Below, in pieces: positions 18,997 to 26,808 of a DNA stretch of 32,000 nucleotides. Below the pieces are notes generated by a model. It did not search any database and was not told where the DNA came from. It saw only the letters and a program-made list of their open reading frames with translations. Origin of the DNA: Candidatus Minimicrobia sp. QA0096. Lineage in GTDB: Bacteria > Patescibacteriota > Saccharimonadia > Saccharimonadales > Saccharimonadaceae. Numbering within the stretch: position 1 is the first letter of the stretch; every line of letters starts with the position of its first letter. Location of the stretch: assembly GCF_963967315.1 (NCBI RefSeq), contig NZ_OZ017288.1, forward strand, positions 270,001-302,000. Reading direction: 5' to 3'. Both the position numbers and the translations under genes were made by a program.

Positions 18997-19031
18997 TATG
19001 ACCTGGACACGTCATAAAACTGTCCATTTTT
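18997..19031 (+). terminator. Weak terminator of mini-cassette 2
   Basis: There are two alternative short hairpins: TATGAC/GTCATA (18997-19016) and GGACA/TGTCC (19005-19025). ATTTTT follows, and the end ...TTTTTCAC matches the end of the cassette 1 terminator. Confidence 0.4.
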
Positions 19032-19060
19032 CACACTCAAAATAGTACAATTATAAAGAC

Positions 19061-19453
19061 ATGAAAAATAGCATCGGCATCACAATACCAGATTTTATCA
19101 CTCAGGCCTTTCCTGTACTGAATGAAGCGACGTACGTTCGTGAATTTGCTTCTTTCATCACGCTATATCCAGATGCGGTCTATTATCTATTTCAAACAAC
19201 AGCTGGCCAGTCGCTCATGTCGCTCATACTTGTAGCAATTGACTATCCCGACCCAACAGACGAGAGTCAACAGGTAAAGAAAATGTCTGGTGGTTTTGAG
19301 TTTGAATTCACATATCTTATCAAGCCGTATGCCAATGACCAACACCTCAGAATCTGTCCAAATGATGAAGCAGAAGAATTATTTTTCATCTCAGACCCAA
19401 ATGGCCGTTGCCACTATTATCTGGCAGCAGTCAAACAAAAGCGGAGTTGGTAG
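19061..19453 (+). CDS. Hypothetical 130-aa protein
   Basis: AT-rich ORF with an ATG start and TACAAT/TATAAA boxes just upstream. I recognise no family. Confidence 0.5.
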   Translation: MKNSIGITIPDFITQAFPVLNEATYVREFASFITLYPDAVYYLFQTTAGQSLMSLILVAIDYPDPTDESQQVKKMSGGFEFEFTYLIKPYANDQHLRICPNDEAEELFFISDPNGRCHYYLAAVKQKRSW

Positions 19454-19548
19454 GTTTATGCCGACTGAGTGTTTCTAAGTTCTAGATTACCCCGTCCTGG
19501 TAGCATAAAGCTACCTGAGTGGGGTTACTACCTTGTTATAATAAACCT

Positions 19549-20448
19549 ATGATTCATAAGCTATACTCTGCCTACGATTTACCAGCAGACCACGACACGT
19601 GCCACTTGTTTGAGCATCTGATTATTAGGCGATTCTTAAAGGAAACAGAAAAAATTGGCGGCAACCGGGCTTTCGTTGGAGAGTTGGATGGCACGACTAG
19701 CGAATCAAGCGTATTTTTTGCGTCCGCACTATTCACAAGCGAGTCTAATACATTATTTGAAAAAACCATCAACGATATTACGCCTTTTGAAATACCCCTT
19801 ATTCAACAGTCCATCTCACACATAGAAGCCGAGATGCAATCCAACATTGATATAACAGACATGACATTATTACAAGAACAGCTCGCTCTTTGTCAAAAAT
19901 ATTTTATCGATAGTCAAAAAACCACTCCCAGCAATTCACACCCAAAATCTAAAATTTCTCCTCTTAAAATCAGTCATAGTCCGAAGGATTTTACAGACGT
20001 TAAGATTGATATAGAAATTGCTGACGCCAGCGATGAATTGACTGCCGCATTTTTCTGTACATACCCAATACTTTTAGATCTAGTGCGCGACATTTGTTTC
20101 GATAAAATCTCAGCCTACCCGTCCAGCCCCGGAAAGTTTATAGCGTACTATGACGGCAATTACACCAGCCAAACCTACACCGTAAAAAATACAGACCTTG
20201 CTCGACTGAGCTCAAGTGAAACTATACAAACATATTTACAAAGCTTTAACATATCCTCGCACGCAACCGGCCTAAGAAACCTTGCCGAAGCTTTCACGTC
20301 TGACCCATTTTATATTTCAGCGCCCATATATTTTTATCAACAAACCGCTACGCCACTAGCCAAAAATGACCTAGCGAAAACTATAAACGTCGCAAATATG
20401 AACACAATCTTAAAACAAGTAAAGGCGACGATAGTCCTGGATTATTAG
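19549..20448 (+). CDS. Hypothetical 299-aa protein with an HxxEH motif (possible divergent M16/pitrilysin-like fold)
   Basis: I chose ATG 19549 because TGTTATAAT (19534-19542) lies 6 nt upstream, which is leaderless geometry. CHLFEHLIIRRF near the N-terminus, followed by IGGNRAF..., resembles the inverted zinc motif region of M16 peptidases. The similarity is judged by eye only. Confidence 0.45.
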   Translation: MIHKLYSAYDLPADHDTCHLFEHLIIRRFLKETEKIGGNRAFVGELDGTTSESSVFFASALFTSESNTLFEKTINDITPFEIPLIQQSISHIEAEMQSNIDITDMTLLQEQLALCQKYFIDSQKTTPSNSHPKSKISPLKISHSPKDFTDVKIDIEIADASDELTAAFFCTYPILLDLVRDICFDKISAYPSSPGKFIAYYDGNYTSQTYTVKNTDLARLSSSETIQTYLQSFNISSHATGLRNLAEAFTSDPFYISAPIYFYQQTATPLAKNDLAKTINVANMNTILKQVKATIVLDY

Positions 20449-20515
20449 CTCTAGCTGGTTTTCTAGTAGAGAAAAGATTCTGAAGAGGAAATATTAACGC
20501 CGCCAATATGCAAGC

Positions 20516-20857
20516 TTACCGGCAAACCTTAAACTCAATACCAATCACGCCATAAATCTTTTGGTCTTCAATAGAATAAAATTCAGAAATTTGATTTTCT
20601 AACCATTCGACATTATCGCCGCCGAACTTTCGCGGATTATTGTGAGAAAATAAATCACGAAATGTCGCGTATCTCAGCAAACCAACAACCTCAGCGGTAA
20701 CAGTTTGCTCGGAATTATCTCTATTTGTAAAAATAATTAGATCCCCAATCTGGATTTTCTGTCGTTTGGCGTCATATAGTCGCGACTCGATAGTCTTATT
20801 GCCAGAAATAATAGCATTAAACGGCTCAGTCGCCAATTTTAATTGGTGTGTGGTCAT
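20516..20857 (-). CDS. ASCH domain-containing protein
   Basis: MTTHQLKLATEPFNAIISGNKTIESRLYD...GDLIIF resembles the ASCH/PUA-like beta-barrel N-terminal pattern. I chose ATG 20857; the track start at 20929 is an unlikely extension. Confidence 0.6.
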   Translation of the reverse strand: MTTHQLKLATEPFNAIISGNKTIESRLYDAKRQKIQIGDLIIFTNRDNSEQTVTAEVVGLLRYATFRDLFSHNNPRKFGGDNVEWLENQISEFYSIEDQKIYGVIGIEFKVCR

Positions 20858-20942
20858 AAAATTATTTGCCTTTCTTGCTATAATTAAACCATCATATAAA
20901 TAAATATTCAAATATCTACACTTCCACAAGAAAGGCTATCAA

Positions 20943-21509
20943 ATGACCAAAAAATTACTAGAAATCGAACGCAAGCGCCAGCTAACGGGCAATATTGAAG
21001 AGCTAATCGAGCGGTTGCAAAACATCGGTTTTGAGTTAAAGAGTAATCTTCACGAAATTGATACGTATTATTCTCGTCCTGACGTCGACTTTATGCAGAC
21101 GGTTGAATGCTTGCGGATTCGCCAGCGCGATAGTTTTGCTGAGATAACATATAAGCCAGCAACGACCGCTGCGACACATACGGAAAATAATGTAATCATC
21201 AAGCCCGAGACAAACCTGCCAATTCAGCCCGAAGACACGGCAACCGCCAAGCAGCTACTGGCAAGCCTCGGCATGGTGCATCTGGTCGAGGTCAACAAAT
21301 ATCGTCGCTCGTTTCAATCCTCTGATTTTCCGCAGGCAACGGTAGCCATCGACGAAATCAAAGGCGCCGGAACTTTCGTAGAAGTTGAGGTTTTGTCGGA
21401 TGATGAGACTGGCGCACTGATGACGATTAGTGAAATTGAAGCCAAACTCGGTCTAAATTCAATGGAAATTGTGACGCGACCTTATAGAGACATTTGTATG
21501 GGCTATTAA
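20943..21509 (+). CDS. CYTH domain protein (class IV adenylate cyclase / triphosphatase family)
   Basis: 188-aa ORF with the N-terminal ExExK signature (LEIERKRQL) and a size typical of CyaB/ThTPase-type CYTH proteins. Confidence 0.7.
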   Translation: MTKKLLEIERKRQLTGNIEELIERLQNIGFELKSNLHEIDTYYSRPDVDFMQTVECLRIRQRDSFAEITYKPATTAATHTENNVIIKPETNLPIQPEDTATAKQLLASLGMVHLVEVNKYRRSFQSSDFPQATVAIDEIKGAGTFVEVEVLSDDETGALMTISEIEAKLGLNSMEIVTRPYRDICMGY

Positions 21510-21561
21510 GAAGATCACCACAAAACTTCACAACTCCACTCGCAACCAATATAATATACTC

Positions 21562-22557
21562 ATGAATACTTCACGAAAAAATCGCATCATAAAAATTACT
21601 ATTTGGGCAGTCTGCTCAATTGTCGTTATAACTGCTTTACTAGTCGCCGCAGCCTTCTTTTGGCCAGCAACATCCAAGCAATTGCAATCTTCAAGCTCTG
21701 AAAAATTGAACTACAACGATGCCATCGCCGCTGCAAATCGTACTGTTAGCGAAGACACTTCAAATACCGACGTTAGACCAGAATGCCGATCGATTATTAA
21801 AACCCACGGTAAAAAAACCACCAAAGCCGTCATGATGATTCATGGCGTAAGCGCATGCCCACAGCAATTCGCAGACTTGGGCGACACCTTTTTCAATGCC
21901 GGCTATAACGTCTATATTCCCCGCGTTCCCAGCCACGGCCTGACAGACAACAAACGACACGGAGAAATTACCATTCCAGCAATGGCACAATTTATGAACT
22001 CCAGCACCAGCATACTTAGTGGTTTGGGCGATGAAACGGGAGTTGTCGGACTTTCTGGCGGCGCAAATATGGCAACTTGGATTACGCAGCACAACAGCCA
22101 AACCATATCACGAGCGCTACTTTTATCACCTTTTTATCAGCCTTCAGCGTCAGAAACCCCTTCCTGGAAAATCCCGCTTTTACGAAATCTTTACGGACGT
22201 AATATTCTTCCAGATTCGTTCACGGGTAGCAATTTGTCATATCGCGCTCTTGGAAAATATATAATAATCGCTAAGAACTATAAATCCGACCTAAAAGCTC
22301 CAGGGCTAAAATATGTCGGGGTTGTAACGAGCGAAAACGACACCGCAATTGATAAAAATCTCGCGGTCAACATACCCAAGCAAATGGCTGCGGCTTCTGG
22401 CGCCAAATTCCAATATTATTCAATTCCAGCCTCATTTGGTATCGGTCACGACATTGTAGCCTTAAACCAAGACGAGGTTAAAAAGCACGCCGCCAAACTA
22501 TATCCGTTCTACTTGGATATGTACGAAGGAAAAGACGTAAAATTAGAATCAAAATAG
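21562..22557 (+). CDS. Membrane-anchored alpha/beta hydrolase
   Basis: 331-aa ORF with an N-terminal TM segment (IIKITIWAVCSIVVITALLVAAAFFW), an HG oxyanion-type motif (MMIHGVSA) and a GLSGG nucleophile elbow. TATAAT (21550-21555) lies 6 nt before the ATG. Confidence 0.7.
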   Translation: MNTSRKNRIIKITIWAVCSIVVITALLVAAAFFWPATSKQLQSSSSEKLNYNDAIAAANRTVSEDTSNTDVRPECRSIIKTHGKKTTKAVMMIHGVSACPQQFADLGDTFFNAGYNVYIPRVPSHGLTDNKRHGEITIPAMAQFMNSSTSILSGLGDETGVVGLSGGANMATWITQHNSQTISRALLLSPFYQPSASETPSWKIPLLRNLYGRNILPDSFTGSNLSYRALGKYIIIAKNYKSDLKAPGLKYVGVVTSENDTAIDKNLAVNIPKQMAAASGAKFQYYSIPASFGIGHDIVALNQDEVKKHAAKLYPFYLDMYEGKDVKLESK

Positions 22558-22564
22558 AAAATTA

Positions 22565-23026
22565 CTATTTATCTTGGGCGGCCAAAATTCGTGCCTGAAT
22601 TTCATCCAATTGAGCGTCGTCCATTTTCGGACCGTCAGCCGTAGTTAGCCAGCCAGGATATTTCTCATAAAACGCTTGCTCGTGTGACACTGGCGAACCA
22701 ATTCCCTTTGCCAAATCGCCATGAAGCGGCATCAATTTGGCATGCACATGCGCCACACCCGTGCCTTCAAAAATCAGCGCCACTCGTGGAGTGTCAAACG
22801 CTTTTTCCAAAATACCAGCAACTTTTTTCACCGCCAGCATCATTTCAGAATATAGATTGTCATCCAAAGAAAATACGTAATCGCCCGGATTCTGTTTCGG
22901 AATCACCACAGTAAAACCTGGTGTATTCGGAAACGGTGTTAAAAATGCTAGGAATTTCTCATCTTCCCAAATCTTCCAAGATTTCATTTTTCCAGATACG
23001 ATGTCGTCAAAAATTGTGTGATTCAT
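22565..23026 (-). CDS. HIT family protein with non-canonical H-x-H-x-K motif
   Basis: 153-aa ORF starting at ATG 23026 with an AAAGGA SD. It has the HIT-like layout (FLAFLTPFPNTPGFTVVIPK ... GVAHVHAKLMPL), but the third His of the histidine triad is replaced by Lys. Confidence 0.7.
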   Translation of the reverse strand: MNHTIFDDIVSGKMKSWKIWEDEKFLAFLTPFPNTPGFTVVIPKQNPGDYVFSLDDNLYSEMMLAVKKVAGILEKAFDTPRVALIFEGTGVAHVHAKLMPLHGDLAKGIGSPVSHEQAFYEKYPGWLTTADGPKMDDAQLDEIQARILAAQDK

Positions 23027-23036
23027 AATTATTCCT

Positions 23037-24359
23037 TTATGCAAATAAATCGTTTAATGCCTCACTCACCGTTGGATGAGTGAATATTTGGTCACGCAGC
23101 ACAGTATATGGCAGGCCATTATCCATTACAGTTTTGATAATATTAATGACTTCTGGTGAGTTGCGACACAATAAACTAGCACCCAAAATTTGTTCAGTGT
23201 TTGCATCAATCACCGCACGCAGCAATCCTGTTGTAGCATTATCAACATGCAGGCGTGGAATCGCCATAGCAGGCAGCTCTTTTACGATAATTTCGCACCC
23301 CGTCGCACGCGCCTCAGCCTCTGTCATACCCACCCGACCTAGCGGCGTTTGCATAAAGACCGTGTACGGCAAGGTTTTTTGTTTGGCGCGAGTGTACAGA
23401 CCGTCACCCAGCAACTGGCTTCTCACAATCCGAAAATCGTCCAGCGACGCATAGGTAAATTGTGGCCCGCCCGTTACATCGCCCATTGCCCAAATATGCG
23501 ACCGACTAGTGCGAAGTGTTTCATCAACCACAATTGCCCCGCGCTCATCCGTCGCTACACCAGCAGCTGGTAAATTCAAGCTCATCGTTGCCGGGCGACG
23601 ACCCGTAGCCATCAAAACCGCATCATAACCAGCGTAATCATCATGATTTACTGTGCGAATCGTCGCAGTAGACTCACCCTCAATCGCTGTCACATCCACA
23701 CTAAACACAATCTCAATACCCTGTGCCTGCAATGCTTCAGTAGCAGCCCGAGCAATTGCTGGATCTTCACGTGCAAGCAGGGCATCGCCCCTCTCAAATA
23801 CTGTTACTTTTGTACCAAGTTTGGCATAAGTTGAGGCAAATTCTAACCCAATATAACCGCCACCAATGATAGCTAGCTGTTTTGGCTGCGTCATTCTATC
23901 CAGCAATTCAGTACTGGTATACACAAACGGCTTATCAACACCTGGAATATCTGGGATGATTGATTCCGCACCGGTGTTAATAAAAATCTGCGGTGCACTA
24001 ACTACTAGCTCGTCGTTACCCGCCACAACCTTCACAGTACGATCATCTACGAACGATGCCTCACCCTCAATGACGCTCACTGTTTCACGATCCGCAAGTA
24101 TATGATAGTTCTTCTCATTCAACCGCGCTACCACTGTTGTCTTATGCGCCATCGCCTCATCAAAACTTTGATGATGTTCGGCTGCATTGACTAGCACCTT
24201 AGTAGGAATACAAGCAATATTAATACAGGTGCCGCCATACATCTTTGGCGACCGCTCCACTAGCGCTACCTTTTTTCCCGCATTTGCCAGCGCTACCGCC
24301 AATGTTTTGCCAGCTTTGCCAAAACCAATGATGAGTGCGTCAAATTGTTGTGTATCCAT
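23037..24359 (-). CDS. rclA: Class I pyridine nucleotide-disulfide oxidoreductase, RclA/YkgC-like
   Basis: ATG 24359 follows a GGAGGAGG SD. FDALIIGFGKAGKTLA...MYGGTCINIACIPTK...IWAMGDVTGGPQFTYASLDDFRIV...FTHPTVSEALNDLF matches, from memory, E. coli RclA almost motif for motif. It carries a CxxxxC redox centre. Confidence 0.75.
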   Translation of the reverse strand: MDTQQFDALIIGFGKAGKTLAVALANAGKKVALVERSPKMYGGTCINIACIPTKVLVNAAEHHQSFDEAMAHKTTVVARLNEKNYHILADRETVSVIEGEASFVDDRTVKVVAGNDELVVSAPQIFINTGAESIIPDIPGVDKPFVYTSTELLDRMTQPKQLAIIGGGYIGLEFASTYAKLGTKVTVFERGDALLAREDPAIARAATEALQAQGIEIVFSVDVTAIEGESTATIRTVNHDDYAGYDAVLMATGRRPATMSLNLPAAGVATDERGAIVVDETLRTSRSHIWAMGDVTGGPQFTYASLDDFRIVRSQLLGDGLYTRAKQKTLPYTVFMQTPLGRVGMTEAEARATGCEIIVKELPAMAIPRLHVDNATTGLLRAVIDANTEQILGASLLCRNSPEVINIIKTVMDNGLPYTVLRDQIFTHPTVSEALNDLFA

Positions 24360-24481
24360 TTTACCTCCTCCTATCTTTTTTAGCGATCTCTCTCGCTGCA
24401 ACAAATTCTCTATCGGCACACAGAACTGCCTCTTTTATTACAAGTTTTTGAGCTACTACTATTATCGTGTGTAATAGCTCC

Positions 24482-25525
24482 TTAAAACTGTTCCAAAAAG
24501 TCCAACTTACCGCTTTCAAAATACCGCACGTCTTCGATGCCATATTTCATCATTACCAGCCGGTCAATGCCGCAACCAAAGGCAAAGCCAGTGTATTCGT
24601 TCGGATCAATGTCAGCGGCTTTCAGTACATTCGGATGAATCATTCCGCAGCCCAATAGCTCAATCCAACCTTCCCCAGAGCAGACTTTACAATCAGGATT
24701 TTTTCCTTCACAAAACGGACAACTTAATGCAAACTCGAAGCTCGGCTCGGTGAACGGAAAGTAAAATGGATTAACGCGAACGTCAAGTTTCTTGCCATAA
24801 TATTCCTGCAAAAATTCTTGCAGCGTGGCAATCAAATTGCCAACATTAACTCGGCGTGAAACGTACACGCCTTCGACTTGATAAAACGTATGCTCGTGGC
24901 GCGCATCCAAATCTTCGTTGCGGAAAACGCGATCAGGAACGATAGCGGCAATAGCCTCGCCTTTTTCCAAATTGTCGCGATATTTCATTAACACACGATT
25001 TTGCATAGTCGACGTATGCGCTGGAGCAATCAAACGGTCGCCATTAGAATCAGTTTCCTCGGTCATAAACGTATCGTAATCGTCGCGCGCTGGATGACCT
25101 TTTGGAAAATTCAGACTCTCAAACATATGGAATTGATCGTCAATCTCTCTGGACTCTTCCGTGACAAATCCCATACGATTAAAGATCTCAGAAATGCGCT
25201 CAATTTCAGCGCTCAGCGGATGAATCGTGCCTTGTTCGCTCGGCAAAAGTTCAGGCTTGTGTGAATTCATATCCATCGGCGCCGTAACGTCAATAGATTT
25301 CAAGTCAACTTTTTCCAGCTCTTCCAGTCGCACAGCAATAGCCTGTTCAACAGCTTGTTTCAGCTCGTTAATCTGCTTGCCGAACGGACCACGCTCAACT
25401 GGTGGCAATGACTTGATTTGATCATACAATTCTCTAAGCCGTCGATCACGTAAAAACTCACGCGGAGATTTGGATTGCGAAACCGCCAAAACTATTTCTC
25501 TTCTCAATTCGTCTAAGTCAACCAT
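24482..25525 (-). CDS. pheS: Phenylalanine--tRNA ligase alpha subunit
   Basis: 347-aa ORF with class II aaRS motifs (HPARD..., FRNE, GFAFGCGIDRLVM). Confidence 0.95.
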   Translation of the reverse strand: MVDLDELRREIVLAVSQSKSPREFLRDRRLRELYDQIKSLPPVERGPFGKQINELKQAVEQAIAVRLEELEKVDLKSIDVTAPMDMNSHKPELLPSEQGTIHPLSAEIERISEIFNRMGFVTEESREIDDQFHMFESLNFPKGHPARDDYDTFMTEETDSNGDRLIAPAHTSTMQNRVLMKYRDNLEKGEAIAAIVPDRVFRNEDLDARHEHTFYQVEGVYVSRRVNVGNLIATLQEFLQEYYGKKLDVRVNPFYFPFTEPSFEFALSCPFCEGKNPDCKVCSGEGWIELLGCGMIHPNVLKAADIDPNEYTGFAFGCGIDRLVMMKYGIEDVRYFESGKLDFLEQF

Positions 25526-25526
25526 T

Positions 25527-25763
25527 TTATCGTCCTTGCATTAAAAACATTACAATCACCACACCAGCCATAATAGCAATTAAAATCCACGCCCACGCCA
25601 AAGTCGTCGTCTGTTTCGTGCCTTCCAAATATCTTATGTCGTCGACGCCGTCCATAGTTGCCTTTTCTTGCAAACTCGAAGCTTTCGCCTTCTCTCTTAA
25701 TTCCGCCGCAATTCGCTCTTGCAATTCACTACGCTGATCTTGTTGATTTACAAATAATCCCAT
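25527..25763 (-). CDS. Small tail-anchored membrane protein, hypothetical
   Basis: 78-aa ORF with a charged N-terminal half and a single C-terminal TM segment (LAWAWILIAIMAGVVIVMFLM). TGCTATACT lies 6 nt upstream of the ATG. It sits immediately upstream of pheS. Confidence 0.55.
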   Translation of the reverse strand: MGLFVNQQDQRSELQERIAAELREKAKASSLQEKATMDGVDDIRYLEGTKQTTTLAWAWILIAIMAGVVIVMFLMQGR

Positions 25764-25820
25764 AACTACAGTATAGCAAATTATGTTATAATAGTCGTGA
25801 TATTACTTTAAGGAGGGAAT

Positions 25821-26756
25821 ATGGCTACGAAGAAAACTTCAAAGAAAGCCCCAGTTAAAGCTGCAGAAAAGAAAACCGCTGCCGCTAAGACTGAAACCAA
25901 AACGACCGTCAAGTACGTCGTTACTGAATCTACCGCTAAAAGCAAGCGTGTCAAACTAGATTCTAAATTACCAGACAACTTAATTAACATCGTTATTGCG
26001 GAAGTTATCGGCACATTCATTTTGACACTTGCCGCATTGTTCGCATCAGATATTTTGTCATCGATGTATGTCGGTTTTGCATTGATGTTTATCGTTGCAA
26101 TTATCGGCAACATTTCTGGCGCACACGTAAACCCAGCTGTCACGTTTGGTCTATGGACAATGCGTAAGCTAAAGACCGTACTTGTACCATTTTACTGGGG
26201 CGCACAATTCCTCGGTGCAATGGCAGCTATCGTGCTTGTTGGCTCATTAACAAACGGCGGATTCGCCCTAAGCTTCGACCAATTTACTGCATTCTCTTGG
26301 AATATCTTCGCGATGGAATTAGTCGGTACCGCTGTATTTGTATTTGGCATCGCCGCAGTATTGCAGCGCAAAGAAATCAAAGCAGCTGGTCAAGCTTTTG
26401 GAATTGGCTTAGCATTGATGATTGGTCTTGTCGTATCTGGCTCAATCTCTTCGTACATTAAAAGTACTGCTATTGCAAAAATCCAAAAAGAGCAAAGTAC
26501 TGCTCAAACTGAGAAAAACGGCCGCACTTACCCACGCGAAATCTACATCTCAGGCGCAACTTTGAACCCGGCAGTTTCTTTGGCTATTACAGAGAAAACC
26601 GACTCTCAACTACGTAGCAACGGAGTATTGCCAGCTGAAGGCGAAAAAAGCTATTCACGCTTTAGCCTGGAAGTAATTGCCGCTACCCTAATCGGCGCAG
26701 CATTAGGTGGCAACCTATTTCTACTCGTCAATTACCGAAACAAAGACGAAGAATAG
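25821..26756 (+). CDS. MIP/aquaporin-family channel with Lys/Ala/Thr-rich N-terminal extension
   Basis: 311-aa ORF with two NPA boxes (HVNPAVTFG and TLNPAVSLA). An AAGGAGGG SD and TGTTATAAT (25784-25792) lie upstream. Confidence 0.85.
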   Translation: MATKKTSKKAPVKAAEKKTAAAKTETKTTVKYVVTESTAKSKRVKLDSKLPDNLINIVIAEVIGTFILTLAALFASDILSSMYVGFALMFIVAIIGNISGAHVNPAVTFGLWTMRKLKTVLVPFYWGAQFLGAMAAIVLVGSLTNGGFALSFDQFTAFSWNIFAMELVGTAVFVFGIAAVLQRKEIKAAGQAFGIGLALMIGLVVSGSISSYIKSTAIAKIQKEQSTAQTEKNGRTYPREIYISGATLNPAVSLAITEKTDSQLRSNGVLPAEGEKSYSRFSLEVIAATLIGAALGGNLFLLVNYRNKDEE

Positions 26757-26777
26757 ATTATAACTTCACAATAAAAT

Positions 26778-26806
26778 ATCCCGCTTAATCGGCGGGGTAT
26801 TTTTTA
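26778..26806. terminator. Bidirectional terminator between convergent MIP and rmuC genes
   Basis: A 7-bp stem pairs 26778-26784 (ATCCCGC) with 26792-26798 (GCGGGGT) around a 7-nt loop. It is flanked by an A-rich run upstream and T-runs downstream. Confidence 0.65.
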
Positions 26807-26808
26807 TG

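Noticed and set aside
18651-19040. 129-aa minus-strand ORF antisense to mini-cassette 2, plus the alternative plus-frame ORF 18605..18829
   Set aside because: The minus ORF has a TTG start and no SD or promoter. Long spurious ORFs are expected in all frames of a GC-rich segment. The plus-strand frame starting at 18726 has the promoter, SD and terminator.
19489-19525. Possible tRNA-like or small RNA gene in the 19454-19548 spacer
   Set aside because: It forms a single imperfect hairpin only, with no cloverleaf and no T-loop (GTTCRA) motif. I kept it only as a structural note within a finding.
18497-24481. The pheS-pheT accessory block as a discrete mobile element, and a window-wide check for CRISPR arrays
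   Set aside because: I found no integrase, transposase or recombinase, no terminal inverted or direct repeats at the two borders, and no adjacent tRNA. No CRISPR-like spaced repeats occur anywhere in the window.
25808-26143. 111-aa minus-strand ORF
   Set aside because: It lies antisense to the N-terminal part of the MIP channel gene, which has clear NPA motifs.
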